This document shows, in pieces, positions 1-9,340 of a stretch of DNA of 59,969 nt. The position numbers and the translations under genes are program-made. The stretch's first letter is position 1; each line of letters opens with the position of its first letter. Origin of the DNA: a virus (Duplodnaviria > Caudoviricetes); IMG/VR virus record IMGVR_UViG_3300045806_000152, positions 1 through 59,969 of that record. One strand, 5' to 3'. The notes beneath the pieces are model-generated. The model did not search any database, was not told where the DNA came from, and was given only the letters and a program-made list of their open reading frames with translations.

Positions 1-53
1 TATTTAATAGCTGGGGGAGGGGGAAGTATTCATTAATTTAGAGGGTTCTGTCA
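1..53. repeat. 53-bp inverted repeat, copy 1 (may extend beyond the window start)
   Basis: Exact reverse complement of 52149-52201. Confidence 0.95.
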
Positions 54-707
54 TAACTTAAATAAAATGTTTTATTGATTAAAAATTATATGAATAATTA
101 TGTAATTAAAATAAGATAAATTTTTATGTTATGCAAAATAAACCTGAATAATGAAACCTTTGATTATTTATTGATATTCCTTTTATAATTAAACTAATGG
201 TTAGCCTCCAGATAATAGATATACACTATATTCCTACCGGAATCCTGTAAGTCTTATCTGGAGGATATTACTTAATCTATAACTTTAATTGGGAGGTGTT
301 TTTGTGCTCCGCAATAACCCGATCATCCTAATAAGTCAACTAACAACCTATATAGGTTATTACTTGAGTAGAAGTTAGATTGAAGTCAGAAATAGATAAT
401 GATTAATACATATTGACATATAGGGCCTTTTAATATGATGCCATTGATATTATGTATTAGCAACTACTGCTTAGTAGACTAAAACCAAGTATATTCATCA
501 TGCAAATGTGCTTGAATAAAATAATCTACTACCCCTTTCAGGGTTAATTTAGCGGCTTCCTCACGGGTGCGACTTACTGAGTGGCTCAGGTTGCAGTTTC
601 TGGTAGGGTAGCGGCAGTTTTCGGAATTTTTGATGAGTGGGTCATGCGGGTAAAATTTCACTCGGATAATCTTTGAATATTTTTGGTGCAGTATCTTTAC
701 ATGAAAC

Positions 708-797
708 AAAAAAAAAAAAAATAGGCGGCCCTCCAGCTACTCTCCATAACCAACCCATTTAAGGGAAGATTATGGAGAGTAGCTGGAGGGCCGCCTA
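708..797 (-). terminator. Long hairpin with poly-U tail; intrinsic terminator ending the minus-strand gene block
   Basis: 28-bp perfect arms at 722-749 and 770-797, followed on the minus strand by a 14-nt T run (A run 708-721). Confidence 0.85.
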
Positions 798-859
798 AAT
801 TATTTTTTACTTATAAACAAGTTTAATTGGATTCTTATAAGAATTTCTTTAAAGCCTCA

Positions 860-1222
860 TTAAAACATTCTTATACAATTTCTTTCTAATACTCTCAATA
901 ATTTAATCATATCATCCTTACTATGATCATACCAAAACTCATCATCGAATTTTACAAAAGGAAAACCACCTTCTGGATCAGGGTAAATATTCGCATGAAA
1001 CTTGCAAGATCTCCCTTTAACATAATCCATACTAATAACATCATGATCTGCTGGCTTATTAAATTTAGATACCCCTGGGAAGATACATTGCTTCGCATCC
1101 TCTATACTTAATTCACCATTTTCTGCATGAAGAAATCCCATACCTTGTGGGTTAGAAAGGTCATATACTGTTTGTATTACAATTACCGGAGATATTTTAA
1201 AACTTTTCATTTTATTTTCCAT
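860..1222 (-). CDS. Hypothetical phage protein
   Basis: ORF in tight minus-strand operon; contains MDYVKGRSCK. Confidence 0.7.
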   Translation of the reverse strand: MENKMKSFKISPVIVIQTVYDLSNPQGMGFLHAENGELSIEDAKQCIFPGVSKFNKPADHDVISMDYVKGRSCKFHANIYPDPEGGFPFVKFDDEFWYDHSKDDMIKLLRVLERNCIRMF

Positions 1223-1857
1223 TCCCCTAATTTTTGTGAATATTCTAAAAGAGATCCTTCATAACCTTTTTCAATAATTTCATTTCTCCAAAAACTGTAA
1301 ATAAACACCTTTAACCTTTCTTTTAATATACCTAATGCTAAAGGCTCCATCAAATATACTAATAGTTCATTTGTGCCTTTTACAGGTGTTATAAAGACAC
1401 CTTCATTTAAACCAGAGTTATACTGCATAAATGATAGTATAAAAGAAGTTCGGCCAATATATACTATTGGATATTCTTCAAGTATTTTGTAGTTTTCCAA
1501 TGGGCGATTAAAATACCAACCTTTCTTAAAACTTTTCCATTTACCTTCATCAAATATAACAATATGTAAACCAGCTTCATGTGCATTATCTAGCTTACTG
1601 CGCAGTGTTATCTGTTCATTTGTTTTTTGGTATAGGTCTTTTTCCATTACAGCAACCACATCTGTATTACCTGGAAGATAACAAAGATTACCTGAATTAA
1701 GGTATACTACTAAAGAGTCTCCTCTCTCAAGGATACCAGATAATACCTTTGAATTATTAAGAAAGCCATTAGGCGCAATTTTTATAAACAAGGAAGGTTT
1801 CTTTGCATTAGTTACATGTTGTAATTGTATACCATAAGGTGCTAAATTAAGTTTCAT
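1207..1857 (-). CDS. Hypothetical protein
   Basis: 216-aa ORF with AGGAG Shine-Dalgarno upstream. Confidence 0.75.
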   Translation of the reverse strand: MKLNLAPYGIQLQHVTNAKKPSLFIKIAPNGFLNNSKVLSGILERGDSLVVYLNSGNLCYLPGNTDVVAVMEKDLYQKTNEQITLRSKLDNAHEAGLHIVIFDEGKWKSFKKGWYFNRPLENYKILEEYPIVYIGRTSFILSFMQYNSGLNEGVFITPVKGTNELLVYLMEPLALGILKERLKVFIYSFWRNEIIEKGYEGSLLEYSQKLGEWKIK

Positions 1858-1999
1858 TTCTATTCTCCTTTATTGAAGTATATCTATTAATGTTTCTTCC
1901 AGAACATCCCAATTAATACCTACTTCTGCATTATGGTATCTTTTGGATTCATCACAGTATTTCCAAAAGGGCTAAGAAAACCCCTATTAACAATGAAAA

Positions 2000-2233
2000 C
2001 TAGTATAGCTTGCCCTCCGGTATATTTAAATTAAATGTCCAATGTGTAGGTACTAGACCATAATCTATAAGTCTATCATTGCCTTCAGTTATCCAGTTAT
2101 CACTTTGATATTCTTTATAAATCCTAGCTGTCCTGAAAACATAAGGCGTAGTAATATACCCTGAGGGGCATGCTACTAAAACAAATTCACGATCTTTTGG
2201 TAATCGATCATTTACACTTATCCAATCAATCAT
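2000..2233 (-). CDS. DUF551-like phage protein
   Basis: N-terminal WISVNDRLP and C-terminal PTHW pattern. Confidence 0.75.
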   Translation of the reverse strand: MIDWISVNDRLPKDREFVLVACPSGYITTPYVFRTARIYKEYQSDNWITEGNDRLIDYGLVPTHWTFNLNIPEGKLY

Positions 2234-2342
2234 AATTTATAGTTATTCCTTTCAATTAATAGGTTATATTCATCAACTTGCGGTTTACTACCTTTAGTTT
2301 GGATTGGTTGCTTCTTTAAAAGTACTATATCATGCTTAAAAA

Positions 2343-3026
2343 TTAGTTATTCAAATTTGACACAAATTTACCGCTAGCATCAGTTTTAAATCCTTGATGA
2401 ATCATTGCTATCCCAAGTATTAATTGCTTATTTTCTTCACAAAATGCTGTGGCATCAGCTTCCATTTTATCAATCTCATCTTCGGAGAAATTTGTCCACT
2501 CTTCGGTTGAGTAAAACTTACAACCTATTTTAATATGGGTATCAAAGAAAAATACATTCCACCTCAAACCTGAAAGCTGTTTAAAACCTAGATTAAATGT
2601 AGCTTCCCCATAAGTAGCTCCGGACAAATCAGCTCTGGACAAATTAGCTCCGGACAAATAAGCTCCGAACAAATCAGCTTTGGACAAATCAGCTCTGGAC
2701 AAATCAGCTCCGGACAAATCAGTTTCGGACAAATCAGCTCCGGACAAGCTAGCTCCGGACAAATCAGCTTTGGATAACTTAGATCCATACAAATTAGCTC
2801 CGGACAAATCAGCTCCGGACAAATCAGCTCTGGACAAATCAGCTCTGGACAAATCAGCTCCGGACAAATCAGCTCTGGACAAATCAGCTCCGGACAAGCT
2901 AGCTCCGGATAAATTAACTTGTTGCGAAGCTGCAAGGCTTAAAGTAATTGCAATAGTATTATCTACATGATGATACGAAAAAATAACATTACCTGTAAAT
3001 CTATTTTTAATTTCTATGGTGTTCAT
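2343..3026 (-). CDS. Pentapeptide repeat protein
   Basis: Tandem A(D/N)LS(G/R) repeats encoded by 15-bp DNA repeats at ~2615-2915. Confidence 0.92.
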   Translation of the reverse strand: MNTIEIKNRFTGNVIFSYHHVDNTIAITLSLAASQQVNLSGASLSGADLSRADLSGADLSRADLSRADLSGADLSGANLYGSKLSKADLSGASLSGADLSETDLSGADLSRADLSKADLFGAYLSGANLSRADLSGATYGEATFNLGFKQLSGLRWNVFFFDTHIKIGCKFYSTEEWTNFSEDEIDKMEADATAFCEENKQLILGIAMIHQGFKTDASGKFVSNLNN

Positions 3027-3096
3027 TTGCTACTCCTCTTATGTTTAAAAATTAGTTACGCCAAGCATCACGTTATTTATAGTTATCACCAGAATT

Positions 3097-3489
3097 TTAT
3101 ACATTGTCCTCGTCTTGCTTATATGTAAATGTTTTTGATCCTTGTCCTTCAACTTTTACGGTTAGGACAGCATCCCTAATATTATGTTCAAGATCTCTAA
3201 TAACCTCATTCCACCACCTCTCAATTTCATCTACATTAGAGTAATTTCTAAGATCGCCCCAAATAGCTACAACCATCCATGTAAGACCCTCCCCATATTC
3301 GATAGTACGATACTGAAGTGTACCCTCACTACCTCCTGGTAACTTTGTAGGGATACTCTCGTCACCATCCCAATCATAATCTCTAATTTCTCCAAGGATA
3401 CCTTGTATAACACCTGAGTCACAAATCGGACTTATACCTGGAATACCATCTACACGAATACAACCTACTACATGCGTCCATATGCTCAT
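3097..3489 (-). CDS. Hypothetical phage protein
   Basis: 130-aa ORF with LPGGSEG and WGDLR motifs. Confidence 0.7.
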   Translation of the reverse strand: MSIWTHVVGCIRVDGIPGISPICDSGVIQGILGEIRDYDWDGDESIPTKLPGGSEGTLQYRTIEYGEGLTWMVVAIWGDLRNYSNVDEIERWWNEVIRDLEHNIRDAVLTVKVEGQGSKTFTYKQDEDNV

Positions 3490-3494
3490 TATTA

Positions 3495-3755
3495 TTACTC
3501 CTTGATTAATTTTAGAAGTTCCTCACATGTTGGGAATTTTTCATGACGTGTAACAACAATATCTGCCTCAACTTCTGTTAGATTATTTCCATCACATTTG
3601 TCAGCAAAATATATACCATCAGAATGCTCTTCATTATCTATCTTCCCTGATGAAATCCCCGCGTATACTAGTTTACCACCTGAGTATTTCTTAACAACTG
3701 CAGGTTTACCAAGATTCTCAACTGCAGCCATTTTTGCATCTGAGCATCCATACAA
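3495..3755 (-). CDS. Hypothetical protein, possible lipoprotein with frameshifted signal peptide
   Basis: GCSDA lipobox-like start; the hydrophobic stretch FIVCLVVV lies one base out of frame just upstream. Confidence 0.5.
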   Translation of the reverse strand: MYGCSDAKMAAVENLGKPAVVKKYSGGKLVYAGISSGKIDNEEHSDGIYFADKCDGNNLTEVEADIVVTRHEKFPTCEELLKLIKE

Positions 3756-3825
3756 CTACTAAACAAACAATAAAATGTGGAGCACTTGGTGATTTATAAT
3801 ACATTTTAGTTATTCCTTATTCTAA

Positions 3826-4917
3826 TTACGATCTCCAATCTTTTGCAAGATCAATTATACGTGGGATAATATTAATACAATTCTTTTTCACACGCCCAGT
3901 TTTAGTTAAAAGATTTTCTTTCAAAATCTCTTGTGGAGATTTAATAATTACAGTAGCTCTAGACGATTGGTAGTGACTACTCGATGATATAAGACCATAA
4001 TATGAGGGGCTAACTATTACTGGTTTAGCTTTAGGATTTATCTGATGTAACCTATCCATATCATACTGTGATACAACGGGATAGGCATTATCTCCATTTT
4101 CTCTTTTAAATTCCAATAGTGCATTTATAGAATGCTCTTCATTATTACCTTTTGTTACTTTATGGTCTATATATTTAATATCTGATACATCAAGTTTTGC
4201 CATCTCTATTAAACGAAGACTATCTTTAGACTCAAGCCATGCCCCACTAGTTAGCCATATTAAATCAAAATCAGCAATAAGTTTGCGATCACGATCAAGG
4301 TTAATATATTGTGGTTTAATATCATACCCAAAAGCCATCTTCTCATCTTTTGAAACTTGTATTAGTAATCCACTGACAAATATATGGCCTTTGAATTGTG
4401 GGTCTATAAGGATATTACATTTAGAAGTCTTGATAATATCTGTTGGGTATGAGTTAAGATTAAGATTTATTTTTTGTAATTCTGAATACATCTCGGGTGT
4501 AATTCCACCTATACTAAATTTTACATGGTCAGCAATGTATTGGGGTGTAGCTTCTATATGGATACTTAGTACATTTTGCTGGTATTCCTCTGAGTACTCC
4601 TCTACTGGATACCACCTTTCACAATGACCAGTATCTACTGATACCTCATGGTTATTTCTAACAAGCACTAAAAGACCAATCTTATAGCCCTCACCATATT
4701 TTCCAATAGTTGTATCATCCCCTCTTTTTGTAGAATTACCAATTATTAAGCTACTACGTGCTATAAAAGAATCACTACTAGTAATCGTTATGTATTGGGC
4801 ATCTACATTGTAGTGATATGACCAATCACTAGTTGGATTAACAGTCCTTCTATCAATAGCATTTTGGAATATTTCCCGAATTGCTTCTTTGTAAGTCCAA
4901 TCGGGGACATAATCCAT
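3826..4917 (-). CDS. GHKL (HATPase_c / rIIA-MORC-like) ATPase domain protein
   Basis: EAIREIFQNAID (N box), GNSTK and IGKYGEGYKIG (G boxes). Confidence 0.8.
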   Translation of the reverse strand: MDYVPDWTYKEAIREIFQNAIDRRTVNPTSDWSYHYNVDAQYITITSSDSFIARSSLIIGNSTKRGDDTTIGKYGEGYKIGLLVLVRNNHEVSVDTGHCERWYPVEEYSEEYQQNVLSIHIEATPQYIADHVKFSIGGITPEMYSELQKINLNLNSYPTDIIKTSKCNILIDPQFKGHIFVSGLLIQVSKDEKMAFGYDIKPQYINLDRDRKLIADFDLIWLTSGAWLESKDSLRLIEMAKLDVSDIKYIDHKVTKGNNEEHSINALLEFKRENGDNAYPVVSQYDMDRLHQINPKAKPVIVSPSYYGLISSSSHYQSSRATVIIKSPQEILKENLLTKTGRVKKNCINIIPRIIDLAKDWRS

Positions 4918-4967
4918 TGAAAGACTTAAATTTATTTTATCTATTTTATCACCTCAAATTAATTTAG

Positions 4968-5189
4968 TTAGAATTCCTTTAGAACATACTTTTTATAGGC
5001 ATTCAGCCAAGCATCCCAAGAACATTCTACATTATAGCTCTTATAGCTACCAGGCCACTGTCCTTCTACTGTATATCTATCCATAGGGAAATCAAAAGGT
5101 GCAATTGAAAAATGATTCTCAAAATCTCTACGAACTTCTTTGAATGAATCAATGAAACCTATTTCTTCCTCTTCCAAATCTTCAGCCAT
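4968..5189 (-). CDS. Hypothetical protein
   Basis: Short ORF in operon. Confidence 0.6.
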   Translation of the reverse strand: MAEDLEEEEIGFIDSFKEVRRDFENHFSIAPFDFPMDRYTVEGQWPGSYKSYNVECSWDAWLNAYKKYVLKEF

Positions 5190-5207
5190 TTGTTTCTCTC
5201 ATCCTTT

Positions 5208-5504
5208 TTAATTGTCTATATGCACATTACCGATTTTCTCTACAGGTGTTTCCCCTACAGGCTCTTCTATTGCAGCATATCTGAAATTACCTTTAAGCTT
5301 TGTTGCCACAAATGATCCTATACTTTTGTTCTCAAAAGCTTCCACAAATAATTTATGAGGAACATCGAAATAACGATATCTATTAGAATTTTTCCGAAAT
5401 ATTACATCCATAGTAAATTGTTCTTTATCATAGGAAATTTCAAGAATAGTTGAAGACTCTTTCTCTGAGTAAACACGACCAATTGGTGTAGCTTCAAGGT
5501 TCAT
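5208..5504 (-). CDS. KTSC domain protein
   Basis: SSTILEISYD...YRYFDVP...SIGSF pattern typical of KTSC. Confidence 0.85.
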   Translation of the reverse strand: MNLEATPIGRVYSEKESSTILEISYDKEQFTMDVIFRKNSNRYRYFDVPHKLFVEAFENKSIGSFVATKLKGNFRYAAIEEPVGETPVEKIGNVHIDN

Positions 5505-5911
5505 ACTTTATCCTGTTTTTGAATTATTACTTGTTTAGTAGTGATAATTAACTTATCTCCTCTGGATACTATTATTGGACTATCTAAAGAATATCCGTTT
5601 ATTATATCTATTCGAATTGAAATTTGTTCAGCTACTTCTGGAAAATTTATTGTTTTTAAAACATTAGTTACAGAATTGCTAAAACCACAAGTTTCATAAC
5701 CACATTCACACAAATAACCTTCACCTTTTGGTATTGGAGTAGCTAGCTCTTCGGTCATTTCAGTCTCCCCCACTTTTAATTCTTGATGGACTAGAATGGC
5801 AAACTGTTTCAACTCATCAAGCCACAGGTTCAAATCATCTACATCCATTAAACCTGATTCCTTCACTGCGTTTCTGACAATTTGCTCGAATTGCTGCGCG
5901 TTTGTAGTCAT
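5501..5911 (-). CDS. Hypothetical protein
   Basis: 136-aa ORF with SD upstream; stop overlaps the next start. Confidence 0.65.
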   Translation of the reverse strand: MTTNAQQFEQIVRNAVKESGLMDVDDLNLWLDELKQFAILVHQELKVGETEMTEELATPIPKGEGYLCECGYETCGFSNSVTNVLKTINFPEVAEQISIRIDIINGYSLDSPIIVSRGDKLIITTKQVIIQKQDKV

Positions 5912-5937
5912 TTCATTTCTCCAATAAAGTAGTACCG

Positions 5938-6018
5938 CAATTAAGACGTTAATCCGACCGCTTCCACAGGTCGCGGCACCTTATAGACACCGATTAAGGT
6001 GCCTAAATTACGTTAGGG
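5938..6018 (+). mobile_element. Degenerate attC-like site interrupted by a phage-type hairpin
   Basis: Ends in TACGTTAGGG (R' GTTRRR) and has a GC-rich gaccg..ggtc inner stem; left R'' box decayed. Confidence 0.45.
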
Positions 6019-6019
6019 C

Positions 6020-6197
6020 TTAACGTATTCCGCCGTATTCAAGCCCAAGAAATATCGCCCGTGCAGATTTTGCATACTCCTTTTTCGTTGCTAGTTCAGT
6101 ATTTTTTTTTTTCGATCTCGGATTGCAGAATCCTCACTTCAGCATCAAGCTCATCAGCCAATATTTGCATTTCTTTTTTATCTATCTTACTTTTCAT
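6020..6197 (-). pseudogene. Cassette ORF (~58 aa) frameshifted in an A11 tract
   Basis: MKSKIDKKEMQ...EIEKK; removing one A restores a frame ending in TAA at 6020-6022 next to the R' box. Confidence 0.55.
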
Positions 6198-6204
6198 GGT
6201 TCAA

Positions 6205-6227
6205 ATCCCCTCAACTCTACGTTAGAA
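6205..6227 (+). mobile_element. Right half of an attC site (L'/R')
   Basis: cccctcaactctacGTTAGAA closely matches the 3' half of attC 6932-7000 (cccctcaactaaacGTT). Confidence 0.7.
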
Positions 6228-6446
6228 GTCTTTTTGCTGAGTACCGGCGCTGATCCCCGGTTTATGGTTATTTCACGCATCAAAATCGTTTTGCTCATCC
6301 GGCTTGGTGTCAGGGAAATCCGTATGCCTACGGCTCGCTTCATCAACCTCACGGAACTATTGCCCACAACATCCTGATGCCACTTATTACCCACACGCGG
6401 AATACACCGCGAACGAATCAGCATTTCGCAACCTCAGCAAAAAGAC

Positions 6447-6529
6447 TTCTAACCCTACAATCAACCAGACCGCCGAAGCTGCCTGTGCATCTAAATCATC
6501 CAGCGCGGCGGCTCAACTATACGTTAGCC
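6447..6529 (+). mobile_element. Integron attC site
   Basis: TTCTAAC ... GTTAGCC ends with imperfect internal palindrome; R'' is complementary to upstream GTTAGAA (6221). Confidence 0.8.
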
Positions 6530-6604
6530 ACCATTGATATTCACGTCGAAGCGGTTTTGTTTCGCGCTTCTTGTTTGCTATCCATTTCTCTCCTTATCTC
6601 AATT

Positions 6605-6668
6605 GTGTAACCCATCATTCAAGCGGGACTGTGCAAAAGCGCGCAGCCCCTTAATTCAAACGTTAGGC
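6605..6668 (+). mobile_element. Integron attC site
   Basis: gtgTAACccatcattcaagcgggactg...cagccccttaattcaaacGTTAGGC: classic 59-be-like layout. Confidence 0.88.
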
Positions 6669-6905
6669 GTCAACCAGGTTGTAGTCATAAGATTCTTCAT
6701 CATGGTTATTTGGCGGCGCGATACTAATTTCTGCCACGTTCTGGCGCACACTCCCCCAGCAAACGCCCTCCACCTCTTCCGCCCACCCTTCTGCGGCATC
6801 ATCGCGGTATAGATCAATCGCACTTTGTGCGCGTGTTTTCGCTTCGTCTTCCGTTGCGTGTAATTGGAAACCATCGTCTGGATCATAACTAAAAAATTTC
6901 ATCAT
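6663..6905 (-). CDS. Acidic phage-type hypothetical protein carried as a gene cassette, antisense to the attC top strand
   Basis: 80-aa ORF with GAGGTG SD; its TAA stop lies inside the R' box; GC-richer than the flanking phage genes. Confidence 0.8.
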   Translation of the reverse strand: MMKFFSYDPDDGFQLHATEDEAKTRAQSAIDLYRDDAAEGWAEEVEGVCWGSVRQNVAEISIAPPNNHDEESYDYNLVDA

Positions 6906-6931
6906 TCACCTCTTCGTTGTAAGAAAAACCA

Positions 6932-7000
6932 GCCTAACCCATCGTTCCAGCAGGACTGCCGCGAAGCAGCCCGCGTCAGCCCCTCAACTAAACGTTCTCC
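6932..7000 (+). mobile_element. Integron attC site with non-canonical right end
   Basis: GCCTAAC (complementary to GTTAGGC at 6662) ... cagcccctcaactaaacGTTctcc. Confidence 0.85.
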
Positions 7001-7106
7001 TTCTTTGACTTCTGGGACTACGTTCATGCTTTCGTTCTCCTTCGGTTATTCTGATAACCTTGTTAGTTCTTTTGATGCTTCAATATAATCGAATTTCTTA
7101 CTCATA

Positions 7107-7403
7107 TTAATATCCTTTATTATTGTAACCCATTAATGTATCATTTGCTTCCATCGCCTTTATTAACCATTCTGCCATTTCTTCAGAAATCATTTTAGCC
7201 AGTCTCTTTCGTTCCATTCTTACTTTACAAACAGTTACCACATCTGAACAAAATATACGACTTACAGTTGGAGAACCCTCTTTAAATAAATCAAGAGGTT
7301 GTATTGCATCTCTGATTATACTTTCAGGTAATTCTTTATCTATAGCTACATCTCTATTTGAAGGCCATTGACCTATTTGAAGGACAATCTTTAACTTAGA
7401 CAA
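7107..7403 (-). CDS. Hypothetical protein
   Basis: TTG start immediately after the upstream stop, with SD. Confidence 0.65.
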   Translation of the reverse strand: MSKLKIVLQIGQWPSNRDVAIDKELPESIIRDAIQPLDLFKEGSPTVSRIFCSDVVTVCKVRMERKRLAKMISEEMAEWLIKAMEANDTLMGYNNKGY

Positions 7404-7862
7404 TTAAATCTCCTTATCTTCATGACCTAGAATATAATCAGGTCTCCTTGAATCATTGCTTGGGCAAACTGCAAGAATACGCCAACCCTTGTCTAACATG
7501 CTTTGTAACTCATCAGTGCATGCATCATTTAGATTAGTTACCTTCTTAGTCATGTATAAATTATGATTAGGAACTGACACATTAGTTATATTTGTAGAGT
7601 TACTTGCTCGTTGCTCAAGGTCTCTTGGGTAGTTTAAACCTTTTACTTTAGATATTAATGGTTTAATTCCAAGTTTAGTGAGGTAATCTATTTCATTAAC
7701 ATCTGCAATTACCTCACCTATATTATAATAACTAAATTTTTCAGGCTCTTCAGGTATATCCCAATCATCAAATTTAGCCCTTAATTCTTGATAAACCTCT
7801 ACAGTTAAACTTTGTACAATACTGTTTGATTCATATGGTAAGGTTACTCTAAATATTATCAT
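7404..7862 (-). CDS. Hypothetical phage protein
   Basis: C-terminal DACTDELQ..LDKGWRILAVC...RRPDYILG block. Confidence 0.75.
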   Translation of the reverse strand: MIIFRVTLPYESNSIVQSLTVEVYQELRAKFDDWDIPEEPEKFSYYNIGEVIADVNEIDYLTKLGIKPLISKVKGLNYPRDLEQRASNSTNITNVSVPNHNLYMTKKVTNLNDACTDELQSMLDKGWRILAVCPSNDSRRPDYILGHEDKEI

Positions 7863-7957
7863 ATCATCTCACTCGTTTATATTCTTCATTAGCTCTCTCA
7901 ATAAACTTCCAGTCCAGTGCGAATTCTTCTTTACAGACTGCTGGCTCATGCTCCATT

Positions 7958-8737
7958 TTAATTTTCCTCCAATTGATATCCGAAAGGTATTTTACCATCT
8001 ACTATATCTTGCCAATGCTTATAAACTGGACTCGTTGCATTTATTGGTTCATAAGGTTTAGATGGAGCGAATTCAAATCCAGCTTTCTTTTTAACGTCTT
8101 CGACTTCCCAATCATTACTTGTACCCATACTTAGATGATTATAATACTCAGGTCGCTCTAAGTAGTCAGGGAATTTCTGAATAAACTTATCGATATCTAA
8201 TGAATACTTTACTGCAGCATGTGTATAATCAGCATATTCTATATCTGCATTATTTATTCTATCACTAGCCTCCTTTTGTAGAGCTTTCCAAATATCCTTA
8301 CTAAGATTTCTGTCATTAAAATAGTAATCATACTGTGGGTAAAGCATTTTATCATAATCAATGATTTCCATACCTGTTTTATTACTGCTATAATTCCATT
8401 GATGAATAAACTGCCACATAACAGCACCTGCCTGGAATCCTGTAATTCCACCTTGCTCTGATCTGTCTAAAGCCACAGCACCAGCCTTAGCTGCTGCAGC
8501 CATAGCATGACAAATAGTACCATAGTCATGTTTGTAGCTGTTTGAAAGTTTATCAATAAAATACTTTAATTTATTTGAGTCAATTTCTGAGATTTCTTTA
8601 TCCCATTCCTCAAGCACTTCTTTAAATCTATCAGTACCTTCTTCTAATATTTCTGGCTCTATTATCTTTTGTTTAGTTACTAGAAATAACGTTAAAATAC
8701 ATAATACAATCAATACGATAAATATAATTGTGTCCAT
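7958..8737 (-). CDS. Hypothetical phage protein with N-terminal membrane anchor
   Basis: Hydrophobic N-terminus; HDYGTICHA and GGITGFQAG motifs. Confidence 0.75.
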   Translation of the reverse strand: MDTIIFIVLIVLCILTLFLVTKQKIIEPEILEEGTDRFKEVLEEWDKEISEIDSNKLKYFIDKLSNSYKHDYGTICHAMAAAAKAGAVALDRSEQGGITGFQAGAVMWQFIHQWNYSSNKTGMEIIDYDKMLYPQYDYYFNDRNLSKDIWKALQKEASDRINNADIEYADYTHAAVKYSLDIDKFIQKFPDYLERPEYYNHLSMGTSNDWEVEDVKKKAGFEFAPSKPYEPINATSPVYKHWQDIVDGKIPFGYQLEEN

Positions 8738-8747
8738 TGCTACTCCG

Positions 8748-8802
8748 AAAAAAAAAGTGAAAATAAACCCATTATTAACCTTTAAAAGGCTTATAATGGG
8801 TT
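8748..8802 (-). terminator. Intrinsic terminator-like hairpin
   Basis: aacccattat/ataatgggtt arms plus A9 run on the + strand. Confidence 0.65.
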
Positions 8803-8971
8803 GTTAAAAATTTTATCTATTGCAGCTCCTTAATTCTTTCTCTAAGATACTCTATTTCTTTATTAGCATCTTTTAAAGCTTCTGATAGGGTCTCAAATGT
8901 TGCTTGTAACTGCCTATCATTAGTTTCATATTCTTTCTTTAATTCACTTAGCCTTTTTTCTAAGGCCATTG

Positions 8972-9334
8972 CTACTTGGTTATAGCCTGACATATTCCTC
9001 TTTCTAATATAAGAGATCTTAAATTTTCTTTTGAAACATGTACAATAACATTTGCAGACTCTTGGAAAATGCAACCACCTGTAGGAGACCTTTTTGTACC
9101 TTTTGGAATAGGTGTTGGCTGACCAATATTAGAAGGTACTAAACCAAGATTCCTAATTTTACCTAAAAGACTTGAGTAGCTTCTTTTCATCTTTTCAGCA
9201 ATATCCCTACTAGGAATTTTATTAAAGTTATCTATAAGAAACTCTTCCTCTTCTTTTGAATACATACCTTTATTTAAACCATCTTCCCCAATACTTGGTA
9301 TTGCATTACCTACAGCTCTCTTAGCTTTTGACAT
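8972..9334 (-). CDS. HTH/Myb-like DNA-binding protein
   Basis: YSKEEEEFL...DIAEKMKRSYSSL...RNLGL pattern. Confidence 0.65.
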   Translation of the reverse strand: MSKAKRAVGNAIPSIGEDGLNKGMYSKEEEEFLIDNFNKIPSRDIAEKMKRSYSSLLGKIRNLGLVPSNIGQPTPIPKGTKRSPTGGCIFQESANVIVHVSKENLRSLILERGICQAITK

Positions 9335-9340
9335 TTAAAA

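Noticed and set aside
10-27. GCTGGGGG as a Chi site or G-quadruplex
   Set aside because: Differs from E. coli Chi (GCTGGTGG) and has only two G runs.
479-709. 76-aa ORF downstream of the terminator
   Set aside because: Starts within a homopolymer run, has no SD and lies in the non-coding terminal region.
2588-2970. PELIC-repeat and DKSAP-repeat ORFs
   Set aside because: Alternative-frame shadows of the 15-bp repeats in the pentapeptide gene. Not a CRISPR array, since there are no spacers.
6123-7088. Plus-strand ORFs across the attC island
   Set aside because: They read through attC sites and lack SD sequences; they are typical attC translation artefacts.
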